A stretch of 64,000 nt of DNA, taken from NCBI GenBank assembly GCA_964603785.1, contig CAZRWD010000001.1, forward strand, positions 24,352 to 88,351, written 5' to 3'. Source of the stretch: an uncultured bacterium. GTDB lineage: Bacteria > Fermentibacterota > Fermentibacteria > Fermentibacterales > Fermentibacteraceae. Shown here piece after piece: positions 56,757 through 64,000 of this stretch (positions are counted from its first letter, which is position 1; every line of letters begins with the position of its first letter). Position numbers and translations under genes: made by a program. The notes under the pieces are model-generated. The model was given only the letters and a program-made list of their open reading frames with translations, was not told the DNA's origin and did no database searches.

Positions 56757-58775
56757 TCAGGCTCCGTCGAGCGCCCTGGCGATCACTCCCCTGTCGGCCT
56801 CGACCGGAAGGGTGACCTTGATGCCGGGTTCCGTCTCCATGACCCTCGAGACGGCGAACACCGCTCCGGGATTTCGCGCCCAGGCGCGGCGGGCGAGGCC
56901 GTTGGCCACGTCCCACGAGAGCATCGAAGACGCTCTCCGGGAGGCTTCTGCAGATCCGTCCAGGACCATCCCGAACCCGCCGTTGATGACCTCGCCCCAG
57001 CCGACGCCGCCTCCGTTGTGGAGCGAGACCCAGGTGGCGCCCCTGAAGGAGTCGCCGATCACGTTCTGTACGGCCATGTCCGCCGTGAACATGCTGCCGT
57101 CGCGGATGTTCGCGGTCTCCCTGTATGGCGAGTCGGTGCCCGACACGTCGTGGTGGTCGCGCCCCAGCACGATCGGGCCGGAGATCTCCCCGCGCGCGAC
57201 GGCCTCGTTGAAGGCCAGGGCGATCCGGATCCTGCCGGGGTGGTCGGCGTAGAGTATCCTGGCTCTGGACCCGACCACCATCCGGTTCTCCTCGGCCTTC
57301 CTGATCCAGAGCAGGTTGTCGAGCATCTGCTGCCTGGTCTCGGCCGGCGCATCGGCCGCCATGGCCTCCAGCACGTCTCCGGCTATCCTGTCTGTGGTGC
57401 GCAGATCCCCGTCGGCGCCCGAGCAGCACACCCACCGGAAGGGCCCGAACCCGTAGTCGAAGCAGACCGGGCCCATGATGTCCTCGACGTACGAAGGGTA
57501 CGCGAAGCCGCCGTCCGGTCTCGTCACGCCCTCCGCCCCCGAACGCGAGGCCTCGAGCAGGAAGGCGTTGCCGTAGTCCCAGAAGGCCATCCCCTGACCG
57601 GAGAGCGTGTTGATGGCCCGTACCTGCCTGCGCAGCGACTCCCGCACCCTCTGCTCGAAACCCGCCGGGTCGGCTACCATCATGCGGTTCGATTCCTCGA
57701 GCGACAGGCCCGCCGGGTAGTACCCGCCCGTAAACGGGGCGTGCAGGGAGGTCTGGTCGCTCCCCAGCTCGACGCGGATCCCTTCCGCGGCCAGCCTCTC
57801 CCAGAGGTCCACCACATTGCCCAGGTAGCCCAGCGAGAGAGCCTCTCCCGAGATCCTCGCCCTGTCCATGCGCAGCAGGACCCTGTCCAGGTCCTCCTCC
57901 GCCTCCATCAGCCAGCCCTGCGAATGGCGCTTGCGCAGGGCGGCCGGATTGATCTCGGCGATCACGGTCACAGACCCGGCGATCACCCCGGCCTTCGCCT
58001 GGGCGCCGCTCATGCCGCCTAGGCCGGAGGTCACGAAGACCTTCCCGGCGAGGTCGCGTCCGGCCTCGAGCCCGAGGTACCTGCGCCCGGCGTTGAGCAG
58101 GGTGATGGTCGTCCCGTGCACGATCCCCTGTGGGCCGATGTACATGAAGCTGCCGGCGGTCATCTGCCCGTAGGAGGTCACGCCCAGGGCCGACATCCTG
58201 TCGTAGTCGGCCTTCGAGGAGTAGTTCGGGATGACCATCCCGTTCGTCGCCACCACCCGCGGCGCGTCGGCGTGCGAGGGGAAGAGCCCCATGGGGTGCC
58301 CGGAGTAGAGCGCCAGGGTCTGGTGCTCCGTCATCTCCGAGAGGTACCTCATGGTAAGCAGGTACTGCGCCCAGTTCTGGAAGACCGCTCCGTTCCCGCC
58401 GTAGGTGACGAGCTCGTGGGGGTGCTGCGCCACCGCGGGGTCGAGGTTGTTCTGGATCATCAGCATGACGGCCGCGGCCTGGGGCGTGCGCGCGGGGTAC
58501 CCGGCGATGGGCCGCGCCTTCATCTCGTAGTGCGGGCGGAAGCGGCGCATGTAGATATGCCCGTCCTTCGCCAGCTCCGCTGCGAACTCCGGTGCGAGGG
58601 CGGCGTGCCAGTCTCCCGGGAAGTAGCGCAGGGCGTTTCCGAGCGCGAGCTCCCTGCCCGCCCTGTCCAGCACCTGCGGCCTGGCCGGGGCGTGGCTCGT
58701 GCCCGGCTCCTCGGGCGGCATTTCGGGGATGGTCGCAGGGATGCCCTGCCTGACTGCCTCTGCGAATGTCGTCAT
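56757..58775 (-). CDS. hutU: Urocanate hydratase (long form)
   Basis: NNLDPAVAQHPHELVTYGGNG, GQMTAGS..YIGPQGIVHGT, GLGGMSGAQ, SDQTS.H, GRDHHDVSGTDSP.RET, HNGGGVGWG. Confidence 0.96.
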   Translation of the reverse strand: MTTFAEAVRQGIPATIPEMPPEEPGTSHAPARPQVLDRAGRELALGNALRYFPGDWHAALAPEFAAELAKDGHIYMRRFRPHYEMKARPIAGYPARTPQAAAVMLMIQNNLDPAVAQHPHELVTYGGNGAVFQNWAQYLLTMRYLSEMTEHQTLALYSGHPMGLFPSHADAPRVVATNGMVIPNYSSKADYDRMSALGVTSYGQMTAGSFMYIGPQGIVHGTTITLLNAGRRYLGLEAGRDLAGKVFVTSGLGGMSGAQAKAGVIAGSVTVIAEINPAALRKRHSQGWLMEAEEDLDRVLLRMDRARISGEALSLGYLGNVVDLWERLAAEGIRVELGSDQTSLHAPFTGGYYPAGLSLEESNRMMVADPAGFEQRVRESLRRQVRAINTLSGQGMAFWDYGNAFLLEASRSGAEGVTRPDGGFAYPSYVEDIMGPVCFDYGFGPFRWVCCSGADGDLRTTDRIAGDVLEAMAADAPAETRQQMLDNLLWIRKAEENRMVVGSRARILYADHPGRIRIALAFNEAVARGEISGPIVLGRDHHDVSGTDSPYRETANIRDGSMFTADMAVQNVIGDSFRGATWVSLHNGGGVGWGEVINGGFGMVLDGSAEASRRASSMLSWDVANGLARRAWARNPGAVFAVSRVMETEPGIKVTLPVEADRGVIARALDGA

Positions 58776-59315
58776 GGCGAACCCCTCTATGGGAAGAATG
58801 CCCGAACCTCTAACGTATCCTAACTGTCGGGCGAGCCGCCGGGCCAGCCGGGGGGAGGGGTCGCCCCCCTAGGACGGGTGCGGGTGTGGTGCCGGCGGAG
58901 ACCCGGGGGGATGGCTCGGAGGGAATGCACCTGTGCGGACACTGCCCATCGAGCCCGACAGTCCGGGAGAACGGGCACGAGGCTCTGACCGATCTTGCCC
59001 CGGCGCGCCGCAGGAACGCATCATACTCCCTGGATCGGGCTCCGGTTCCGACTCGGAGAGTGGGCTGTGAACGATGCCATTCGGTCGCTCGGACAGGTCC
59101 TTCGACCCTGCCGTCATGAATCCCTCCAGACGCGGCGCCTCGCCTCGCCGCCCGGGAACCGGAACTCGTTCCAGATCCGCTCGGCGGAGGCGGGCCCGCC
59201 CGCCGTCATCGGGCGCCCTTCGCCGCGGCGGCACGGGAGCCGGCGGACGGCAGGCCGTCCCCCCAGCTGCCGAGGTGGACGGCCAGCGTCCGGATGATCG
59301 AGAAGGGAGCAGATC

Positions 59316-59849
59316 ATGCAGGCAAGGGGACCGCTGATGATCGAGCACAGGCTCATCGAGAGGATGATCCGGCTCATCGGGAGGGCACTGGTGCGGGTCG
59401 AGTCGGAGGGAGGGATCGATCCCGTCCTCGTCGACACGGCTGTCGATTTCATACGGACGTATGCCGATCGGACCCACCACGGGAAGGAGGAGGACATCCT
59501 CTTCCGGGAACTGGAAGGGAAGGGTCTCTCGATAGTCGACAGACAGGTCATGAACGAGCTGATCCAGGAGCATGCGTTCGGGCGGAGCACGACCGCGTCG
59601 ATCGTCGATGCGAACACCCGGTACCGTGGCGGCGACGAGTCGGCTCTCGCCGACATCACGGCGGGACTCGCCGTTCTCGTCGAATTCTACCCGAAGCATA
59701 TCGAGAAGGAGGACAAGGTGTTCTTCCCGGCATCCAGGGCCTACTTCACGGAAGGGGAGGACCGGGCGATGCTGGCCGGGTTCCGGGAGTTCGACAGCAG
59801 GATGATCCACGAGAAGTACGAGGCTGTCGTGAGGGATCTCGGGGGATGA
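59316..59849 (+). CDS. Hemerythrin (HHE) domain protein
   Basis: LMIEHRLI, HHGKEEDILF, EH..GR, HIEKED.VFFP. Confidence 0.88.
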   Translation: MQARGPLMIEHRLIERMIRLIGRALVRVESEGGIDPVLVDTAVDFIRTYADRTHHGKEEDILFRELEGKGLSIVDRQVMNELIQEHAFGRSTTASIVDANTRYRGGDESALADITAGLAVLVEFYPKHIEKEDKVFFPASRAYFTEGEDRAMLAGFREFDSRMIHEKYEAVVRDLGG

Positions 59850-59988
59850 ACGCCCATGCGGCAGCGGGGACCCACCCGGGATGGCGTGCCTCGCCGGGAT
59901 ACCGCCGATTGTCACGGGCCTTCCGGGACGATGTCCGCCCCGCCCCATGCTCCCGTGAGGGACGACGCTCGGAGGGAGGCGCCGGAGG

Positions 59989-60324
59989 ATGCTGAACCGA
60001 GGCGCTCTGATCGTTCGTCCGGCCCGGCCCTTCGTGGACTGGGCGGCCGCGCTGGACGATTCCGGGCTGCTGCCGGATCCCGCCGGGGAACAGACGGTCT
60101 ATCTGGTGCCCGGATTCGAGGGTGACGACGAGGCCCGGAGGATCCTGGAGAAGGCGTTCGGGACGGTGTTCGAGAACGAGCTGTCCGGCTGGTGCACCGA
60201 CGAGGCAGCATGGCCCGCCGACCGCACGCTGGAGATGTTCCTGGAATGGTTCGACGTCGAGCTCCACTCGACGGTCGAGGACCTCTGCGGATACGGGATC
60301 GAGGACGACATGGAGGATCCGTGA
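59989..60324 (+). CDS. Conserved-looking hypothetical protein
   Basis: NR.ALIVRP..PFVDW, F.NEL.GW.TDE..WP, F.EWF; SD GGAGG. Confidence 0.7.
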   Translation: MLNRGALIVRPARPFVDWAAALDDSGLLPDPAGEQTVYLVPGFEGDDEARRILEKAFGTVFENELSGWCTDEAAWPADRTLEMFLEWFDVELHSTVEDLCGYGIEDDMEDP

Positions 60325-60379
60325 CGGGTCAGGATCTGCATCGGGGGCCGGACGGCCGGCAGGGCCCTGCGGCCGTCGG

Positions 60380-61285
60380 ATGACAGCCCCCCGCGACCCC
60401 GATCCCCGCCGTCCGGGGAACCCGGTCCGGGTCGACGCCTCCTTCGCGCGACTGGCGCTGGACTCCCTCGAGGGCGAGTCTCCCGGCCTGAGGGCAGGGA
60501 TGCTCTCGCATCCGGCACTTGCCGCGCTCCTCCGCCATCGGCGCATCGCGGGGGACGTCGCATGCACGCTCGAGACCCTGCTCGACGACATGCTGGGATC
60601 CGTCAGGCGGACCCGCCCCTCCCCGGCAGTCCTCGACGCCTGGGCGGGACGCGGGGACGAGCTTGCCTCATTCGCCGGGGCTGCCTCCGCCTTCCTCCCG
60701 GAGTGCGCCGCCTTCGAGGGGAACATCTACCTGGCGGCGGGCTACGACATCGGTGTCGCCGTGCCTCCGGACATCGTCCTGAACGCAGGGCACCCGCACT
60801 TCCTCGAAGATCCAGCGGAACTCGGCTACTACGCCGTTCACGAGGCGCACCACGCGGGCTTCATGGCCCTTCGCGAACCGCCGCCGCTCTCGGGGCTCGA
60901 CGAGCCGCGGAGCCTTCTCCGGGTCGTCCGGTACATGACCCAGCTCGAGGGCATGGGCGTCCATGCGGCTCGGGATGTCCGTGCGGAGCACGGCGCGCTC
61001 GGGGCGGACGAGGACTACGGGGTCTATGCCGACCCCTCGGCGGCGACGAGGGTTGTCGAGCGCTATTCTTCGCTGCTCTCCATGATGACCGACCGCCGCC
61101 GCCTTTCCGGCGAGGATGTCGGGACGATCCTCGGAGCGATGTCCTCGGGCGAGCGAGTCTGGTACCGGTTCGGCGCGCTCGCGGCATGGAGGCTCGAGCA
61201 GACCGGCGGCAGAGGAGCCCTGGTCAGGTCGATCGAGGAGCCCGACATCTTCCGGGCCGTCGTGGACGGGCTGCTCGAGCCATGA
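60380..61285 (+). CDS. Putative Zn-dependent protease (HExxH; DUF5700-like)
   Basis: HEAHHAG plus downstream QLEG; start uncertain. Confidence 0.55.
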   Translation: MTAPRDPDPRRPGNPVRVDASFARLALDSLEGESPGLRAGMLSHPALAALLRHRRIAGDVACTLETLLDDMLGSVRRTRPSPAVLDAWAGRGDELASFAGAASAFLPECAAFEGNIYLAAGYDIGVAVPPDIVLNAGHPHFLEDPAELGYYAVHEAHHAGFMALREPPPLSGLDEPRSLLRVVRYMTQLEGMGVHAARDVRAEHGALGADEDYGVYADPSAATRVVERYSSLLSMMTDRRRLSGEDVGTILGAMSSGERVWYRFGALAAWRLEQTGGRGALVRSIEEPDIFRAVVDGLLEP

Positions 61286-61334
61286 CGGGTTCATCGGACC
61301 TTCGAGACGGTCCACCCGCCGGCGGGAGGCCTTC

Positions 61335-62033
61335 GTGAGGGAGTCCGACCTCTATCCGCCCCTCAAACGGTTCCTCGAGTCGCGGGGCTACGAGGTCAAG
61401 GGCGAGGTGGAGGGCTGCGACGCAGTGGCGGTGCGCGGCGACGAGCCCCCCGTCGTCGTAGAGCTGAAGCTGAGCCTCAATCTCGACCTGGTGCTGCAGG
61501 CCGTGAGCAGGCTGGACCTGGCACCGGCGGTGTACATCGGCGTGCCATCGCGCTGCGGACTGCTGAAGAGGCGCCGCAGGCAGGTCGTGAAGCTCCTGAG
61601 GATGCTCGGCCTGGGACTCGTCGTGATCGATCCGGGCGCTCGCAGGGGGGGCGTGACGGTGCTCCTCGATCCCGGGGCGTACAGGCCTCGTGAGTCGCGC
61701 CGCCGGAGGGAGCGCCTCCTCGGCGAGTTCGCCGCGCGCGTCGGCGACCCCGTTCCGGGCGGACAGGACCGCAGGAGGGGGCTGATGACCGCCTATCGCC
61801 AGAGAGCGCTCGCCGTAGCATGTCTGCTCCGGGACTGCGGGGCGACGAAGGCTTCCGTCGTCGCATCCCGGCTGGACGAGCCCGAGGCCCGGCACATCAT
61901 GTACAGGAACGTCTACGGGTGGTTCGAGAGGGTGTCGACGGGGGTCTACGACCTCTCCCCCCGGGGCAGGACGGAGGCCCCCCGCTGGATGGGCGAATCG
62001 ACGGACGGGGGCGATGACCGCCGGGAGGGCTGA
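61335..62033 (+). CDS. DUF2161 family putative PD-(D/E)XK nuclease-like protein
   Basis: ESDLYPPLKRFLE..GYEVKGEV, ELK, TAYRQRAL, NVYGWFER...G.Y.L. Confidence 0.85.
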   Translation: MRESDLYPPLKRFLESRGYEVKGEVEGCDAVAVRGDEPPVVVELKLSLNLDLVLQAVSRLDLAPAVYIGVPSRCGLLKRRRRQVVKLLRMLGLGLVVIDPGARRGGVTVLLDPGAYRPRESRRRRERLLGEFAARVGDPVPGGQDRRRGLMTAYRQRALAVACLLRDCGATKASVVASRLDEPEARHIMYRNVYGWFERVSTGVYDLSPRGRTEAPRWMGESTDGGDDRREG

Positions 62034-62045
62034 AGGGAGGGAGGC

Positions 62046-62408
62046 ATGGCGACCGTGAAGGTGACGGGGATGAACGTGCTTGCACTCTATACGGAGGACC
62101 TGGACGAGGCCGTGGCCTTCCTCTCGGGGCACCTGGGCTTCGAGCGCGAGGGTGGGATGGAACCCGGAGTCCTCCTCAGGGCGGGCGATTCGACCGTCTA
62201 TGTGGAGGGCGGGCACGGTGGGAGGTCGACGGGTCCGGGAGGGTTCGTTCCGTGCTTCGCGGTCGAGCACGTCAGGGCTGCGCACGATGCGCTGCGGGAC
62301 GCGGGCGTAAGGGTGACCCGCCCGTACGTCGAGTACGCTCCGACCTTCGGGATGTTCAGGATCGAGGGACCGGTAGGGTCGGAGATCGAGTTCGCGGGGG
62401 AGCCCTGA
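62046..62408 (+). CDS. VOC (glyoxalase/bleomycin resistance) family protein
   Basis: DLDEAVAF....LG, F.V......D.L...GV, G..IE. Confidence 0.8.
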   Translation: MATVKVTGMNVLALYTEDLDEAVAFLSGHLGFEREGGMEPGVLLRAGDSTVYVEGGHGGRSTGPGGFVPCFAVEHVRAAHDALRDAGVRVTRPYVEYAPTFGMFRIEGPVGSEIEFAGEP

Positions 62409-62446
62409 GCGGAGTGCGCCAGGTGTCGGATGCCCTGCACGGGTGC

Positions 62447-62474
62447 TTGACGATTCCCCCGGACTGCGTAAACT
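62447..62474 (+). promoter_or_regulatory. Sigma70-type promoter
   Basis: TTGACG-N16-TAAACT. Confidence 0.6.
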
Positions 62475-62537
62475 CGTGCTGATCCGTGCCTCGCGCCGGA
62501 TGGGGTCGGGAGTCACACGAACCGGAGGGGGAGCAGT

Positions 62538-62732
62538 ATGAGATCCATCGGCGGGCTGATGTTCATCTACGGTCTCGGTTCGATCGTCCTCAACCTCTTC
62601 GACTACGAGTTCACCATCCTGTCCTGGATGAACAGGATGGATGCGCCCCTGCCCATGGTCATCAGGATCGGCCTGATCGTCGTGGGCGCGATCCTGTGGT
62701 TCGTCGGCAGGCCCAGGAAGCAGGCGGCCTGA
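62538..62732 (+). CDS. Small two-TM membrane protein
   Basis: 64 aa, two hydrophobic helices, SD GGAG, flanked by a promoter and a terminator hairpin. Confidence 0.7.
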   Translation: MRSIGGLMFIYGLGSIVLNLFDYEFTILSWMNRMDAPLPMVIRIGLIVVGAILWFVGRPRKQAA

Positions 62733-62749
62733 CGGCGGTGCCGGACCGG

Positions 62750-62781
62750 GAGCCCTCCGACGCCATGCGGAGGGCTCTTCC
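62750..62781 (+). terminator. Hairpin terminator
   Basis: GAGCCCTCCG-ACGCCATG-CGGAGGGCTC-TTCC. Confidence 0.5.
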
Positions 62782-62861
62782 GGTTCTGCGGGATCCCGGG
62801 GGGGAGACGATCCCGTGAGTTCGAACCGCAGGCCCTCCGGGCCGAGGATGGAAGGAACGAC

Positions 62862-63269
62862 ATGCCGGTGGTACCCGAGCGAGCGAAGAGACTGATGAGC
62901 CCCGGGAAGGTCTTCGCCCTGGCCACCGCATCCGCCGGCGGCGAACCGAACGTGGCTCCCATGCAGCAGGCCTGGTGGGCCGACGACCGCACGCTCGTCG
63001 TGGGCGACTTCTTCATGTGCCTCACGAAGGCCAACATCCTCGAGAACGGCAGGGCCTCCTTCACGGCATGGGACCCCGAATCGAGGGAGAGCTACAAGTT
63101 CACGGGCTCGGCGCGCTACGTCACCGACGGGCCGGAGTACGATCTCGCGAACGGCGAGATGCGCCGCAGGATGCCCGGGAAGAACTTCAAGGGCGTCGTG
63201 GTCATAGCCGTGGAGCGGGTGTACGACGTGAAGTCGGGACCCGCGGCGGGTCAGCTGATAACCGAGTGA
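62862..63269 (+). CDS. Pyridoxamine 5'-phosphate oxidase-like FMN-binding protein
   Basis: LATAS..GEPNVAP, TKANILEN, YKFTG.A. Confidence 0.85.
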   Translation: MPVVPERAKRLMSPGKVFALATASAGGEPNVAPMQQAWWADDRTLVVGDFFMCLTKANILENGRASFTAWDPESRESYKFTGSARYVTDGPEYDLANGEMRRRMPGKNFKGVVVIAVERVYDVKSGPAAGQLITE

Positions 63270-63297
63270 CCTTCCCTCCGGGCATGGAGGAGATGCC

Positions 63298-63636
63298 ATG
63301 GCCACCGACAGGGAGTTCGTCGACCACATCCTCGACCTGGTCCGGGGCGCCGGAACTGTCACGGCCCGGAAGATGTTCGGCGAGTATGCCATATACGTCG
63401 ACGGCAGGGTCGTGGGGCTCGTCTGCGACGACCGGCTCTTCGTCAAGCCGACCGAGCGCGGCAGGGAGTTCATCGGTGAGGTCGTCGAGGCTCCAGCCTA
63501 CCCGGGGGCGAGGCCGAGCTTCCTCGTGGAGGATCGACTGGACGATGACGAGTTCCTCACCGAGCTCTTCCGCATGACTGCGGAGGCGCTTCCGGCACCT
63601 GCCCGCCGCAGGCGCGGACAGCTGGCGGACCGATGA
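63298..63636 (+). CDS. TfoX/Sxy N-terminal domain protein
   Basis: RKMFGEYAIY.DG...GLVCDD.LFVK, PAYPGA. Confidence 0.88.
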   Translation: MATDREFVDHILDLVRGAGTVTARKMFGEYAIYVDGRVVGLVCDDRLFVKPTERGREFIGEVVEAPAYPGARPSFLVEDRLDDDEFLTELFRMTAEALPAPARRRRGQLADR

Positions 63637-63673
63637 GCGACGCGGCCATCTTCTCAGTCCTGCTGCCGTCGGA

Positions 63674-64000
63674 ATGGATCTCCGCGTTCTGAAGGCTCAC
63701 CGCTCCGCATTCCCGGACCCCGTCAGGTTCGGGGAGGGCGACATCCTCGCCGCGGGCCGCCGGGACCCCGAGTTCCCCGAGTGGGTCTGGGTGCGCGATC
63801 CCGTCGGCCGGGAGGGCTGGGCTCCGGCATGCATCCTCGAGATGGACGGGCACGGCGCAGCAACAGCTCTCGAGGCCTACTGCGCGCGGGAGCTGGACAC
63901 CGAACAGGGTGAGTGCCTCTCCATCCTCCGGCTCCTCGGGGGCTGGGCGCTGGTCGAGAACGCCAGGGGCGGGACCGGATGGGTGCCATGGAGCTCGGTC
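63674..64000 (+). CDS. Tandem SH3-domain protein (runs off the window end; absent from the ORF track)
   Basis: Manual translation MDLRVLKAHRSAFPDP...WVWV...GREGWAP...AYCARELD...GWALV....GTGWVP. Confidence 0.75.
   Translation, partial: MDLRVLKAHRSAFPDPVRFGEGDILAAGRRDPEFPEWVWVRDPVGREGWAPACILEMDGHGAATALEAYCARELDTEQGECLSILRLLGGWALVENARGGTGWVPWSSV

Noticed and set aside
59316-64000. Integron cassette array
   Set aside because: No attC core sites, no repeated intergenic palindromes and no intI in the window.
1-64000. CRISPR array
   Set aside because: No regularly spaced 23-47 bp direct repeats and no cas genes seen; repeated motifs are coding FG-GAP or CxxC units.

Overview
High-GC bacterial chromosomal window, densely coding, with no rRNA, tRNA, CRISPR array, integrase or transposase that I could recognise. 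Several secreted proteins carry a T9SS-like/FlgD-Ig C-terminal sorting domain, an outer-membrane beta-barrel is present, and the ParE/ParC and long-form HutU types fit an FCB-superphylum diderm anaerobe (possibly Ca. Fermentibacterota; this is inference). Contents in order: methyltransferase, S10 carboxypeptidase, C25 gingipain-like cassette, PadR/sensor pair, flavodoxin-family protein, adenylate cyclase-AAA-TPR protein, an isochorismatase/FAD-oxidoreductase/RlmN-like radical SAM operon, an RRM protein with a long multi-hairpin leader, peptidases, a ~24 kb co-directional run (ABC permease, ruvX, mltG, SPFH pair, acyl-CoA ligase-chorismate mutase fusion, aroF, pfk-gap-pgk-tpi, CPBP, B12 radical SAM, FGE, fatty acyl-CoA ligase, membrane glycosyltransferase, flippase, parE, parC), Omp28, purC, cysC-MFS-GT4, a NikR-controlled ECF nickel/cobalt transporter, hutU and a run of small accessory genes. 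Most notable: (1) an RlmN/Cfr-like radical SAM enzyme that lacks the resolving Cys118 and sits in a three-gene operon with an amidohydrolase and a CxxC-less flavoreductase; (2) a degenerate AroQ chorismate mutase domain fused to an adenylate-forming ligase directly upstream of a DAHP synthase lacking a regulatory domain; (3) a five-hairpin 5' leader on the RRM gene; (4) two genes (ruvX, nikR) that appear to start at CTG. Start coordinates were adjusted by eye from RBS and homology motifs; no database searches were run.
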